A DNA stretch of 64,000 nucleotides from Candidatus Thermosaccharophagus tengchongensis (lineage in GTDB: Bacteria; Armatimonadota; Fervidibacteria; Fervidibacterales; Thermosaccharophagaceae): the NCBI GenBank assembly GCA_032161105.1, contig JAVHTD010000010.1, one strand, 5' to 3'. The notes under the pieces were generated by a model, which saw only the letters and a program-made list of their open reading frames with translations, was not told the DNA's origin and ran no database searches. Positions 10,308-20,765 of the stretch are shown here, piece after piece (position 1 is the first letter of the stretch; each line of letters opens with the position of its first letter). Both the position numbers and the translations under genes were made by a program.

Positions 10308-10805
10308 ATGGGGCGAGAAATTGGGCTCAAATGCTGTCTTCCAACCCTGTTAACTGCCATAGCCTTTGCGTTGGGTGCAGTGTTGGCAGGGTGCGCCAAG
10401 GTGGAAGAGGTTTTTTGGAGCGAGCATCATCTGGTCGGCACTTGGCAGCTTGTTGATAGAGGCGATGTAGGGGCGCCACCACTTGGGGAAAGATGTGAAT
10501 TCCATTCGGATGGAACAGCCCGCATATTTGAGGGAACGCAAATCCTCATGGGCGCATACAGGGTTGACAGGAACGAACTTGAGATCGTGCTCCCGGGCGC
10601 ACCTGCATCGGTTTGGGTGATAAGGAGTCGACCGGGCGGAGAACTTGAGCTGTTCAACAGGTCTTTAAACACGACTGTGCGCTATGTGCGCCTTGGGAGG
10701 GGCGAGTTCATAACGGGAACGATCAGCATCATACTCAAGTCCATCATCGTGATAGCGCTCATCTTTCTCCTCTATCGCTTCCTTGCGAGATTGCTTGAAC
10801 TTTGA
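10308..10805 (+). CDS. Hypothetical lipoprotein with C-terminal transmembrane helix
   Basis: Lipobox LAGC, LVGTW (lipocalin-like) motif, hydrophobic C-terminus. Confidence 0.65.
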   Translation: MGREIGLKCCLPTLLTAIAFALGAVLAGCAKVEEVFWSEHHLVGTWQLVDRGDVGAPPLGERCEFHSDGTARIFEGTQILMGAYRVDRNELEIVLPGAPASVWVIRSRPGGELELFNRSLNTTVRYVRLGRGEFITGTISIILKSIIVIALIFLLYRFLARLLEL

Positions 10806-10836
10806 ATGAGCAGCTATGAGATGGTGATGGTGAGCG

Positions 10837-11700
10837 ATGATGAACGAGACCAAAGCAAGCAACAAGCGCATCATTAATGTCCTTGGCGTGCGCATAGGTG
10901 CTGACGAACTCGCTCTCATAGCTGGTCCTTGCGCAGTTGAGGGTGAAGAAGTTTGCATGCGCACAGCCGAATTCCTGAGGGAGCTGACTGATGAACTCGG
11001 CATGCCGCTCATCTTCAAAGCCTCATATGACAAAGCGAACAGGACAAGCTTGCACTCATTTCGCGGTCTCGGGATGAAGGAAGGCTTGCGCATACTTCGC
11101 AAGGTGAAAGAGGAATTAGGTATCCCAGTGCTAACGGATGTGCACTGTGTGCAGCAAGTTGATGAAGCTGCCGAGGTCGCCGATGTGCTTCAAGTGCCAG
11201 CATTCCTGTGCCGCCAAACTGACTTGCTCATCAAGGTTGGCGAAACCGGCAGGGCTGTGAACATCAAGAAGGGACAGTTCATGGCTCCCGAGGATATGCG
11301 CTTTGCGATTGAGAAGGTGACGAGCACTGGCAACCATAATGTCATGGTGACGGAGCGCGGGACGACATTTGGCTATCACGATTTGGTTGTGGACATGCGC
11401 AGCATAGTCATAATGCGCTCTTTTGGCTACCCAGTTATCTTTGATGCCACTCATAGCGTTCAACAACCCGGCGCCGCACATGGCTCATCCGGTGGACGGA
11501 GGGAATTTGTCCCGCATCTTGCAAGGGCTGCAGTTGCAGTTGGCGTTGATGCGCTCTTCCTTGAGGTTCACCCATCACCCGACAGGGCTCTTTCCGATGG
11601 ACCAAATATGCTTCCGCTTTCGCAGCTAAAGCCCTTGCTCCAATCGGTGTTGGCAATTCACAGTGTGCTGAGGGGCACCCTCACAGAACATCACCTATAG
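10837..11700 (+). CDS. kdsA: 3-deoxy-8-phosphooctulonate (KDO8P) synthase
   Basis: IAGPCAVE, FKASYDKANRTS, QVPAFLCRQTDL, KKGQF, FDATHSVQQPG. Confidence 0.96.
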   Translation: MMNETKASNKRIINVLGVRIGADELALIAGPCAVEGEEVCMRTAEFLRELTDELGMPLIFKASYDKANRTSLHSFRGLGMKEGLRILRKVKEELGIPVLTDVHCVQQVDEAAEVADVLQVPAFLCRQTDLLIKVGETGRAVNIKKGQFMAPEDMRFAIEKVTSTGNHNVMVTERGTTFGYHDLVVDMRSIVIMRSFGYPVIFDATHSVQQPGAAHGSSGGRREFVPHLARAAVAVGVDALFLEVHPSPDRALSDGPNMLPLSQLKPLLQSVLAIHSVLRGTLTEHHL

Positions 11701-12752
11701 CGCCCATACTCATGCACAAGCTGAATGACGAACCTGTATCGCTCAAAGCTCACATTGTCCGGAACTGAGTGGTCGGAGTGGTAAATGTATCCGCCACCGA
11801 CCTTTGCGACTTCAAACTTAGTCCGTATCTCTTCCTCAATCAACCTTGGGTCTGGTGCTGCCATCTTCCGGACATCAATTCCGCCCATAAACGCAAGCAC
11901 ATCGCCATATTCACGCTTTAGCTTTATCAAGTCCATGCCGGCTTTGACCTCAAGCGGCTGCAAGCAATCCCAACCGGCTTCAATGAAATGCGGCACAAGC
12001 GCGCTGACATTCCCGCAGCTGTGCAGGATTGTCTTCATCCCCTTGCTGTGAAAGAAGTCACAAGCTCTCTTATGTGCCGGCATGAGCAGCTCACGATACG
12101 CCCTTGGCGAAAAGAATGTGGCATTCCTGTATCCGAGGTCATCGTAGAGGAATGCGGCATCAAACTCAAACCCCCTTGCGAGCATCTCTTCAGCGGCATC
12201 AATGGCAATTTGGACGCTCGCATCAAAAAGCTCCTTCACCCACTCTGGGTCATCAATTATCGCCGGGAGCAAATTTGTCGGACCCACAACCATAGCCATC
12301 CTGTCGTATCCTATGGCGGCATTGAATGTGCAAAAGTAACCAGCCTCACGCGCCTTCCTGTTTCGCTCCAACTCCGCAGCCCAATTGACACGCGACTCGT
12401 TCATCGTCAACCTGCCCTTGTATTCTTCCCACTTACGCCTGTCAGTGATGAGGAAGCCGAGCAGCTCCGGCGTTGATGTCTTATGCTTCCAGTTCTTGAC
12501 GGTGGCTCCATCAGCATTTCTCACAATCGTATACTCATCGGTCTCCTCAATGACCTCTTGAGGTAACTGGAACGATATGTCCGGAGCAAACCCAACAAAC
12601 TCATATCCGAAATACTCAGCTGGACCAATCCCCTCCGGCAATCCCTCCCTATGCCAGCGCGCTATCGTTGTCCCCCATGGCGAATCCGAGATTGGCACCC
12701 TGTCTGGCTCAATGTGATTGAGCGCCATAAGAACTCGCTCCCTTGATGTCAT
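11691..12752 (-). CDS. Uroporphyrinogen decarboxylase family protein
   Basis: MTSRERV…PDRVP, YDDLG, LHSCGNV, QPLEVKAGMD, GGYIYHSDHSVP. Confidence 0.88.
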   Translation of the reverse strand: MTSRERVLMALNHIEPDRVPISDSPWGTTIARWHREGLPEGIGPAEYFGYEFVGFAPDISFQLPQEVIEETDEYTIVRNADGATVKNWKHKTSTPELLGFLITDRRKWEEYKGRLTMNESRVNWAAELERNRKAREAGYFCTFNAAIGYDRMAMVVGPTNLLPAIIDDPEWVKELFDASVQIAIDAAEEMLARGFEFDAAFLYDDLGYRNATFFSPRAYRELLMPAHKRACDFFHSKGMKTILHSCGNVSALVPHFIEAGWDCLQPLEVKAGMDLIKLKREYGDVLAFMGGIDVRKMAAPDPRLIEEEIRTKFEVAKVGGGYIYHSDHSVPDNVSFERYRFVIQLVHEYGRYR

Positions 12753-12769
12753 CGCCTTTCACCTCTATC

Positions 12770-13123
12770 TCACGGGCGGTTGCCAAACAGCACAATGCTA
12801 TCACGCAGCATCCTTTCCCATACGCTGCTAACTTCTGAGAACTCACTCACGCTCATGACATGCGGCTGCAAGTTGAATAGCGAAAGCGTCTTCACTACGG
12901 TGGAGAAAGCATTCTGACGGGGCGGGTCTGCATAAACCACCAACAGGTCTATATCGCTGAATGCGGTATAGTCACCACGAGCATAGGAACCAAATAACAC
13001 GACCCACCTTAACGGCAGTTTGTCGTTCAGCTTTGGAAGACGCTCGCGCAACAGCGATATAACTTCCTCGCGGCTATAGCGAGGCGAGAACACCTTCACA
13101 GAACCTGATGATTTCCTCGGCAT
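12770..13123 (-). CDS. Minimal nucleotidyltransferase (MNT) antitoxin
   Basis: LFGSYARGDYTAFSDIDLLVV (GSx10DxD); overlaps upstream HEPN gene. Confidence 0.9.
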   Translation of the reverse strand: MPRKSSGSVKVFSPRYSREEVISLLRERLPKLNDKLPLRWVVLFGSYARGDYTAFSDIDLLVVYADPPRQNAFSTVVKTLSLFNLQPHVMSVSEFSEVSSVWERMLRDSIVLFGNRP

Positions 13124-13466
13124 AGCCGATCAACCTTTCAGCCTCGCTGCGCGTATAAAGCCAATGTGGTGCTCCTCTCGGATGGGCGTTTGGATAGCGA
13201 GTCGGGATGTATGCCTTATCCAATTCAAGCGCCGCTTCGTAAAGCCCCTCTGGAATCGTCACATCGCTCATTAACTCCTCAATCAAACCCGCAACCGAAT
13301 GCCCCCACACATCCTTCCTCAGCTTTTGGAAGACCGCTTTAACTGCCTTTTCGGCAGCCTGTTGTGCTGAGAAGCAAGCCCATTCGTAAAAGCCACCGTT
13401 TAAGTCACTCTTTGCGTGCTCCAAGTCGCTCTTTGCCTGATTCATCCAATCGGAACTCCTGTCCAT
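13074..13466 (-). CDS. HEPN domain protein (HEPN-MNT toxin partner)
   Basis: ACFSAQQAAEKAVKA, WGHSV, YIPTRYP motifs. Confidence 0.9.
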   Translation of the reverse strand: MDRSSDWMNQAKSDLEHAKSDLNGGFYEWACFSAQQAAEKAVKAVFQKLRKDVWGHSVAGLIEELMSDVTIPEGLYEAALELDKAYIPTRYPNAHPRGAPHWLYTRSEAERLIGYAEEIIRFCEGVLASL

Positions 13467-13492
13467 TCGCTCCCGCTCCAGAGCCACAAGCG

Positions 13493-14752
13493 TCATTCAA
13501 TGATGAGTATCCGTATGTTGCGGAAGCGTGTAAGCTTACCCTGCCAATCGCCGCCACCGTGCACTTGAAGCCCTATGAAACCCTCTGTCGGCAATCTTTC
13601 CTCCTTGTCAGTGAAGTCAACCAACAGACGCTCATTCAGCCAGACGCGTATTCTCGGCGGCTGCCCAATGACGATGGCTCTCAACAAGTTCCAGTCATTC
13701 TCGCGCCATACCTCTTTCCACCGCTCATTTGGCGCAAGCCATCCACCGCACCCTTCACCGTAAAGCGTTCCAACCTGCCCGCCATCGCGATAATCAATCG
13801 TCACTTGGTAGCATCGTCCATCCTCAGTCGTTCGCAGGAATAAGCCGCTATCAATTCCGAAGTCGGGCTTTATCTCGGCGACGATTTCAAAGTCGCCATA
13901 CTTCTCAACAGTTGCGAGCACACCGCCGTTGCCCGGCGGGTCCTGTGTGCCCTGAAGGACACCGTCAACGACTTCCCACTTACCGCCAGTGCCATGTCCC
14001 GTCTTGAGGATGCGCCAACCCTTCAAACTCTCGCCATCAAATAGCGGCTTGTATGCCATCGTTCCCGGTGGCGGCGGAAACATATGCGGCGATTCGGCTT
14101 CTTCCTCAGTCAATGGGCGAATGTAGATGTTTCGGAAGTGCACGGGTCCGTGATCACCCTGAAGCATCAAAGGACCCGGTGTTCCCTCATTCCCATCAAG
14201 CGCGCCGCCGGTCACCCTCGCGATCTCCGCATTCTCATGGATCGTCACACCGTTGTGAATGACGGTCACCCTTGCCCGCCTGACTATCTTCCCATCCGGG
14301 CTTCGGCGGGCTTGAACGAACTTGACATCAAAGACCTGCCATTCACCTGCTGGCTTGCTCGCATTGAACCTCGGCGGAAGCAAGCCGTATATTCCGCCGC
14401 ATATATGAGACTCAGGCTTTGCACCGTGCGAATCAAGGAGCTGGATTTCATAGCGACCTTGCAAGTAGACACCGCTATTGCTCCCCCTCGGCATGATGAA
14501 TTCAATATGCAGCTGGAAATCACCGAACCTCTGCTCGCTCACCAGGTCCGTGCTTGGCGGTTGGTTGATTAAGACACCATCTTCAACTCTCCATCCGTTC
14601 CTACCGCCTTCGTGGCGCAGCCTCCAACCGGATAAGCTTTTGCCGTCAAATAGCGGTATCCAATCGGCAGCGAACAAGCCCTGCGTAAAAGTGAGGCACA
14701 CCAAAAAGAGCATCCCGACAACTTTGGGTGCACAACATGGTTTCGCCCTCAT
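13493..14752 (-). CDS. Exported tandem DUF1080 (3-keto-disaccharide hydrolase-like) protein
   Basis: Signal peptide; two copies of LFDGxSLxGW…NSG/DSG…LQxH…FRNI. Confidence 0.88.
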   Translation of the reverse strand: MRAKPCCAPKVVGMLFLVCLTFTQGLFAADWIPLFDGKSLSGWRLRHEGGRNGWRVEDGVLINQPPSTDLVSEQRFGDFQLHIEFIMPRGSNSGVYLQGRYEIQLLDSHGAKPESHICGGIYGLLPPRFNASKPAGEWQVFDVKFVQARRSPDGKIVRRARVTVIHNGVTIHENAEIARVTGGALDGNEGTPGPLMLQGDHGPVHFRNIYIRPLTEEEAESPHMFPPPPGTMAYKPLFDGESLKGWRILKTGHGTGGKWEVVDGVLQGTQDPPGNGGVLATVEKYGDFEIVAEIKPDFGIDSGLFLRTTEDGRCYQVTIDYRDGGQVGTLYGEGCGGWLAPNERWKEVWRENDWNLLRAIVIGQPPRIRVWLNERLLVDFTDKEERLPTEGFIGLQVHGGGDWQGKLTRFRNIRILIIE

Positions 14753-14848
14753 CGTGCTTCACCCCCACATTCGCAATTGAGTGCGCGTCTCACGCACACA
14801 TGATTATGGCATGCATGGGAACGAGCGCTAACTTGAAATGCTGCACCG

Positions 14849-15727
14849 TCACAAAATGAGCGTGCAGGCATCAAACACCGGACCATCAACGCACGCCAAC
14901 CTGTAATGCTCCTTACCATCCTCAACCACTTTGCAAGCGCACCCAAAGCACAATCCCAAACCACAAGCCATCCGCTCCTCAACTGAAAACTGCCCATCAA
15001 TGGCGCGCTTAATCAAGATGCGCTGCAGGCACTTCAACATCTCTCTCGGACCACACGCATATACTGCCACTCTGCGGTGCTTGTTAGCTTCAAGCCATTC
15101 CAATGCCAAGTCAACAGCTGTCCCATGGAATGAGCCGAAATGGGGTTGCTCAAGCGCTATCGCTGATGGCACACCATGCCTTGCAAACTCATCAGCTGCA
15201 ATTTGTGCGCCGCCAATTTCAAGGACGCACTTTTGCGTCACCCTCACAGGAAGCTCATCAAACGACCTTGCGCCAACTATAGCTACAACATCAACCCCCA
15301 TCCTTGAAAGCGTCCTTGCCAGAAACGGGAGCGGTGCGTAGCCTATTCCGCCACCAACAAGCAATGCCACATCATGTCCATCACGCCAAACGAACGGCTT
15401 GCCGAGCGGACCGAGCACACGGATTGAATCGCCAATGCCTAAACGCGCAATGAAGCCAGTCCCAGCTCCAACAACTGAGAAGGCTATCTCAATCTCATCA
15501 CCCTCGGCATCGGAAATTGAAAACGGGCGTGGCATAATGAAGCGCACATTCAGGCTTGCGCTAAGCGGTAAACCATCGCCATCATCCGGGAAGAGGCAAA
15601 CGAATTGCCCGGGACAAGCATTACGGGCGATGTCGGGCACAAGAAGGCGCAGGCGATGAAAACGGTTAACCGTATCGTGACCGACAATCTGCGCCATGAC
15701 TTGGTGGCACATTTCGCCCATCAACAT
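14849..15727 (-). CDS. pyrK: Dihydroorotate dehydrogenase electron-transfer subunit (FAD, 2Fe-2S)
   Basis: PGQF, RPFSI, GGGIGYAP, ACGP, EERMACGLGLCFGC…CVDGPVF. Confidence 0.85.
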   Translation of the reverse strand: MLMGEMCHQVMAQIVGHDTVNRFHRLRLLVPDIARNACPGQFVCLFPDDGDGLPLSASLNVRFIMPRPFSISDAEGDEIEIAFSVVGAGTGFIARLGIGDSIRVLGPLGKPFVWRDGHDVALLVGGGIGYAPLPFLARTLSRMGVDVVAIVGARSFDELPVRVTQKCVLEIGGAQIAADEFARHGVPSAIALEQPHFGSFHGTAVDLALEWLEANKHRRVAVYACGPREMLKCLQRILIKRAIDGQFSVEERMACGLGLCFGCACKVVEDGKEHYRLACVDGPVFDACTLIL

Positions 15728-15760
15728 CCCACCTTAGAGGGCATCCCATCATCGTATGTT

Positions 15761-18202
15761 TCAAAGGCATCCCACAGCCGGTGTAAAGCGCCCATCGCCA
15801 TCGGCATCCACCCAAACTGGGTTAGTCATTGCAAACGGCTTGACTTGGTAGCGCGTGCCATCATAGCCGGCATAATCGCTCACGACCGGGGATAAAGGTT
15901 TGTCACCGTAGACGAGAGCGACATACCACGCATCCCGCCTCGGAGCCATCCACAAAGTCCTGTCAAACCTGACGATGTTCCTTGCGGGCTTAACTCTGAA
16001 GCGCTTCACCAAGACGCCATTTTCAATCAACTTGACCTCACTCACATCAACCCATGGTGCAGCTTGCACAATTATGCGCAACTTAATTCGGCGCCCGCTC
16101 GAGCTCACGAGCCTGCCAATGCCATGCCCATTGATGGTCATGGTCACAAATGGACCCATGCTGACGATGATTTTCCCGGCTCTGAAGGCTCGCACCACAT
16201 CGTCGCATGTCACTTCAGCTATGTCGTCGCACCCGACAAATGCAAAGCATCTTGGGTAGCCAACCTCTTGCTGGGCTATATGATGCGAATCTGAGCCGCC
16301 CGTCGCCGTAACACGAAGCCCCGAATTGAGCAGCGCAAACCAATCCCTGAGCGCCTCACCAAGCGTGTGCATCATCTTTGCATTGAGCACCTCAACGCAA
16401 TCAAACTCCGTTGACCACTCCGGGTGCGAGCTTGTTCCCGTCTTCCAGTCAAGTTGAACAACATTGAAGTAGCTTCTGCCGATGCGCGGGTGGTTGACTT
16501 GGATCACTTGAACACCACTCAAAGAGCGCACACAAGAGAATATCTCGGAAATGCCCTTACCTTCCCAAGCTATGACACCATGTTCAATTGGTATCGGGAA
16601 GGCGTTGAAGTGTCCCAAGTGGCGAGTTGATATTTCCTGCCCCGGAATCGTGAGGAGCATTCGCCTTAACCCCATCTCTGAGACGAGCCACGATAAGTCG
16701 GTAATATGGTCATGGTCTGTCATCACGATGCACTCAACACCCTCAGCCAAGTTGCTTATGATGCGATCCCTCGGGCTGACCGAACTGTCAAAGCTGTTTG
16801 AGCAGTGTTGATGCGGATCAATGGCTATCCAGCCGTTGGTGTTTAGCACCCTGCGCAAGAAGAATTGGGCGCACACGGTTTTCCCTTCCGGGAGATGCAG
16901 CACTTTCTCATGGGTTGTGTATTCAAAGCCCCTTGAGGCAATGATGCGATACCATCCCGGGGCTATCGGGCGCAACCCATCGCCAAGCGAAGCAACAATG
17001 TTTAAAGCGCCATCGGCATTATCGTAAGAGCCGAAGTCCGGTGTCTCGCTGCCATGCGCGCCAACAAATGTTAACCGTCCGGGAACTTTTCGTCGGTGCG
17101 GCAGCTCATAAATGGCAAATCGGATGAAGGAGGGCGCACTCATCCTCAACAAGATATGCCTGCTCTCACCGGCGTGGACTGATATGCGCAACCTGTCAAT
17201 GGCTTTCCGCGCAACATGAAACGGCTTGATGAAATATTCCCCCGGCGGGAGCGACAGAACAAAATCACCGCTTGGCTTTGTGATGGTTTCAACAAACGGT
17301 CTCCCAGAACATGCGACTCTAACTGAAACATTTGCGATCGGCTTACCGATGTCCTTCTGAATCACCCTCCCGAAGAGCCTCGCAATCGCTTTCCCCTGCA
17401 GGAGATATGCGACATGCGCAACATCAGCTATGTTGCTCCCAACAATGAAGTGACGCTCATATGTGGCGGAGTCACCCGGCATAAGATCAACTTGCGCCGA
17501 TATAACATCGCTCCAACTCACGCCGTTGATCGCCTTGAGCACGCCTGTCTTGAGGCTCATCCCGTAAGCCACACCGCTGCCGCTGTAAGCCACCCAATCA
17601 GCTGTAACAGTTTTGTTTGCGGCATCGTATCCATACATCGGCGCATATATGCGAGCCCTGCCACACTGAACGGCATCTCCGAGCATGAAGTCCTTTATCG
17701 GCTTTGAGCCGCTGTTCGTGATGGTGGTGCGTATCGTTATGAACTTCTCGTCGTCCTTGAGAATGTATTGAGTTACGAGCGCCAACTCGCCGGTGAATGA
17801 GTCAACGCCCCTTGCCTCAACTACAGCGACACCATCCTCACCGGACTTGACTATCTCAACGGATGTGTATTTCGCCTGTCTCGGATAGCGTCCGAGGAAA
17901 AGCAACACCTGCTCAATAGCATCTCCGCCTCCTATCGGTGCTGCGTCAATTATGTTTCCGCCGCTTGCTGCCCCCCTATGCGCGTGCCCAAGCGAGCTTA
18001 TAACGGCGCGCAGGTGCTCATTGCCAAGGAGTATGTCGCCAACTTTTGATGATGCGCCAATGCCACGAAGGCACTCCGACGGCTCAGTAATCACCCTCGC
18101 AAATGCATCTGCGTTGGCTGAGTTGAGCTTGGCTGTCAACAGCACGATGAAGCTAACGAGTGCACCGCAAAGCGCCAGTGTGCGCCTCACTTTCATCCTC
18201 AT
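15761..18202 (-). CDS. Exported CehA/McbA-family PHP-like metallohydrolase
   Basis: Signal peptide; DPHQH, MTDHD, GHFNAFP, QVNHPR, GGSDSH, AMTNPVWVDADGDG. Confidence 0.82.
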   Translation of the reverse strand: MRMKVRRTLALCGALVSFIVLLTAKLNSANADAFARVITEPSECLRGIGASSKVGDILLGNEHLRAVISSLGHAHRGAASGGNIIDAAPIGGGDAIEQVLLFLGRYPRQAKYTSVEIVKSGEDGVAVVEARGVDSFTGELALVTQYILKDDEKFITIRTTITNSGSKPIKDFMLGDAVQCGRARIYAPMYGYDAANKTVTADWVAYSGSGVAYGMSLKTGVLKAINGVSWSDVISAQVDLMPGDSATYERHFIVGSNIADVAHVAYLLQGKAIARLFGRVIQKDIGKPIANVSVRVACSGRPFVETITKPSGDFVLSLPPGEYFIKPFHVARKAIDRLRISVHAGESRHILLRMSAPSFIRFAIYELPHRRKVPGRLTFVGAHGSETPDFGSYDNADGALNIVASLGDGLRPIAPGWYRIIASRGFEYTTHEKVLHLPEGKTVCAQFFLRRVLNTNGWIAIDPHQHCSNSFDSSVSPRDRIISNLAEGVECIVMTDHDHITDLSWLVSEMGLRRMLLTIPGQEISTRHLGHFNAFPIPIEHGVIAWEGKGISEIFSCVRSLSGVQVIQVNHPRIGRSYFNVVQLDWKTGTSSHPEWSTEFDCVEVLNAKMMHTLGEALRDWFALLNSGLRVTATGGSDSHHIAQQEVGYPRCFAFVGCDDIAEVTCDDVVRAFRAGKIIVSMGPFVTMTINGHGIGRLVSSSGRRIKLRIIVQAAPWVDVSEVKLIENGVLVKRFRVKPARNIVRFDRTLWMAPRRDAWYVALVYGDKPLSPVVSDYAGYDGTRYQVKPFAMTNPVWVDADGDGRFTPAVGCL

Positions 18203-18273
18203 CCGACATCACACCACTCCACCATTTGATGCGGGAATTTGCGCGCAACTCTTGCAAGCGCATGGGGCGAATA

Positions 18274-19485
18274 TCAGGTTCGGGTGAGGACTTCTTTTAT
18301 CCTGCGCATCCCCTCTTCAATTCGCTCAATTGAAGTTGCGTAAGAGAGGCGCAAGTAACCCTCGGCTCCAAACGGCTCACCGGCAACTGTTGCAACATGC
18401 GCCCGCTCAAGCAAGAAATCGGCAAGCTCAATTGAGCTTTTAATCTCAACGCCATCATATGAGCGTCCAATCACACCGCTGAAGTTGGCAAAGGCATAGA
18501 ATGCGCCCTTCGGCATGTTGCAACGCACTCCCGGTATCTCGTTGAGCAAGCTGACAATGCGTCTTCGCCGCTCATCATATTCGGCTATCATCTTCTGGAC
18601 GAACTCCTGAGGCGCATTGAGTGCAGTTATTGCCGCTACTTGAACGAAAGCCGTCGGATGGGAAGCGCTTTGCCCCTGCACCTTCGCCATCGCTTGTGCT
18701 ATCGGCTTCGGCGCAGCTGCATATCCAAGCCTCCATCCGGTCATTGCGAATGTCTTTGAAAGCCCGTTGATGACGACCGTCCTCTCCTTCACTCTCTCGC
18801 TTAGCGAAGCTATGCTCACATGGATAGCACCATCGTAGACGAACTTCTCGTAAATCTCGTCTGTGATGACGACGATGTCATCGTGCCTTTCAACGAGCCT
18901 TGCGACCTCCTTTAGCAACTCCGGCTCCCAGACCGAGCCAGTCGGGTTGCATGGTGAATTTATGAGCAGCACTTTGGCGCCGTTTGAAAGCGCCTCGGCT
19001 ATTTGCGCCGGCTCCGGCACAAAGCCATTCTCCTCGGCAGTGTGAATTAATATCGGTTCGGCTCCGCAAAGCCTCGCCATATCGGGATAGCTAACCCAAC
19101 ACGGTGTCGGTATGATGATTTTGTCTCCCGGGTTGAGCAACGCTTGAAAGGCATTGAAGAGGGCATGCTTTGCGCCGCACGATATGACAATGTTCTCGGG
19201 CTCATAGCTCAATCCATTCTCCTCACGCAGCTTCTTGCAAACTGCCCTCCTGACCTCAAGCAACCCGGCTTCCTCGGTGTATTTTGTCCAGCCATCGCAC
19301 AACGCTTTTATGGCTGCATACTTGATGTGCTCCGGTGTGTCAAAATCCGGCTCGCCAACGCTCAGGTTAACCACATCAATACCCTGAGCGACCATGCGCT
19401 TCGCCTTCGCCGATGTGGCGAGTGTTGCCGACGGCTTTATGCTGCGCACCCTCTCCGACAAAAGCGCATCAAAGTTGATCAACAC
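18274..19485 (-). CDS. PLP-dependent aminotransferase class I/II (aspartate aminotransferase-like)
   Basis: GEPDFDTP, NSPCNPTG, DEIYE, SKTFAMTGWRLGY, LRLSYA; GGAGGTGA RBS before GTG 19485. Confidence 0.93.
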   Translation of the reverse strand: MLINFDALLSERVRSIKPSATLATSAKAKRMVAQGIDVVNLSVGEPDFDTPEHIKYAAIKALCDGWTKYTEEAGLLEVRRAVCKKLREENGLSYEPENIVISCGAKHALFNAFQALLNPGDKIIIPTPCWVSYPDMARLCGAEPILIHTAEENGFVPEPAQIAEALSNGAKVLLINSPCNPTGSVWEPELLKEVARLVERHDDIVVITDEIYEKFVYDGAIHVSIASLSERVKERTVVINGLSKTFAMTGWRLGYAAAPKPIAQAMAKVQGQSASHPTAFVQVAAITALNAPQEFVQKMIAEYDERRRRIVSLLNEIPGVRCNMPKGAFYAFANFSGVIGRSYDGVEIKSSIELADFLLERAHVATVAGEPFGAEGYLRLSYATSIERIEEGMRRIKEVLTRT

Positions 19486-20524
19486 CCTCACCTCCCTCCT
19501 CAACCTGCAACCCTTGGATGCCCTCGTTTGATTGGACATCTTCGGGTTGAACCTCCCCCTCAATCTCGCTCTCGTAGCCGATGAATATTCGCCTCTCAAG
19601 CATGCGCTCATAATCCGTCCACACCTTCCCAGCCTCACGCTGCTCCTCAACGAACGCTATAAAGCGAGCAAGCTGTGCATCCAAGTTCTCAATGAGGTGC
19701 AGCGCCATCGCTTCAACAGTCATTGGGCGCTTCGGCGCACCATACTCAGCATCGCCGTGATGGCTTATGATCATGTGGCGTATGCGCAATGCCAGCTCCT
19801 TCGGGAACGCCGGCATCTCCTTCATCCTTTCCGTTATCATCTCGTCGGAGAGGATGATATGCCCAAGCAACTTGCCCTCATCAGTCAGGTCAATCATCGG
19901 ATCCCACACATACTCGCGCAGCTTTCCTATGTCGTGGAGTATTGCACCGGTGATGAGCAAGTCCCTATCAACGCCCGGGTGCGTCCTGCAAATAATCTCA
20001 ACTATCTCAAGCACGCTCGTAATATGCTCAAGCAACCCGCCAAGCCAATTGTGGTGGAAGCGCAACGATGCCGGAGCAAGCTTGAGGTCGCGTGTGATGC
20101 GCTCATCATTAAGGAATGACAGGACGAGCCTTCGCAAATGCTGATTTGAGATGCTGTTTGCAGCCCGCATGATGCTTTCAAACATCCAATCAATGTCCTT
20201 GTCGGTGTGCATAACGAGGTCAAACAGATCATAATCGCTCTTCTGGCACTTTGCGATGTCGGTTATCCGCAGCTGGCGCACCTGCCTAAAAACTTCAACC
20301 TTCCCTTTAACTCGCACGACATCCCTCTCGTGTATCGCTTGGTCAAACAACTCAGCATCATCCCAGATGCGCCCTTGTATTGAGCCGGTCTTATCAACGA
20401 GCTCAAGAGCAAGGTAATTTCCGGGGCGGTCACGAAATGGCATCAGCTGTTTGCTCTTAACCACGAAGATGCTATCAACTGGCTCACCGAGCAAGAGGTC
20501 ACGCACATATTGTGACTTAGCCAT
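19469..20524 (-). CDS. yhaM: 3'-5' exoribonuclease YhaM family (OB fold + HD domain)
   Basis: N-terminal OB fold (LVDKTGSI), HHNWLGGLLEH, LHDIGK, SHHG. Confidence 0.88.
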   Translation of the reverse strand: MAKSQYVRDLLLGEPVDSIFVVKSKQLMPFRDRPGNYLALELVDKTGSIQGRIWDDAELFDQAIHERDVVRVKGKVEVFRQVRQLRITDIAKCQKSDYDLFDLVMHTDKDIDWMFESIMRAANSISNQHLRRLVLSFLNDERITRDLKLAPASLRFHHNWLGGLLEHITSVLEIVEIICRTHPGVDRDLLITGAILHDIGKLREYVWDPMIDLTDEGKLLGHIILSDEMITERMKEMPAFPKELALRIRHMIISHHGDAEYGAPKRPMTVEAMALHLIENLDAQLARFIAFVEEQREAGKVWTDYERMLERRIFIGYESEIEGEVQPEDVQSNEGIQGLQVEEGGEGVDQL

Positions 20525-20648
20525 TCTTGATGCACCCCTAAAGGAAAGTTCTGGCACAACATGCCGTCAATGAGAAGGGCGAGAGAGCCATCTGCATGCG
20601 TTGGAGGTTACCTTGCCCATCTCAAATTTTGCATTGTTCAACAGTCAC

Positions 20649-20688
20649 AAAAACAATGGGCAGGATACACCGCACATCCCGCCCATTG
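20649..20688 (-). terminator. Probable Rho-independent terminator after the Gfo/Idh/MocA gene
   Basis: Minus strand CAATGGGCGGGAT…ATCCTGCCCATTG stem (13 bp, one G-U) followed by TTTTT. Confidence 0.65.
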
Positions 20689-20765
20689 CCACTAAAGGCT
20701 AATTCGTAGATTTCGCAGATTAAGCATGGGCTGAGCTTACGATACGATATGAGACGATCACCCTT

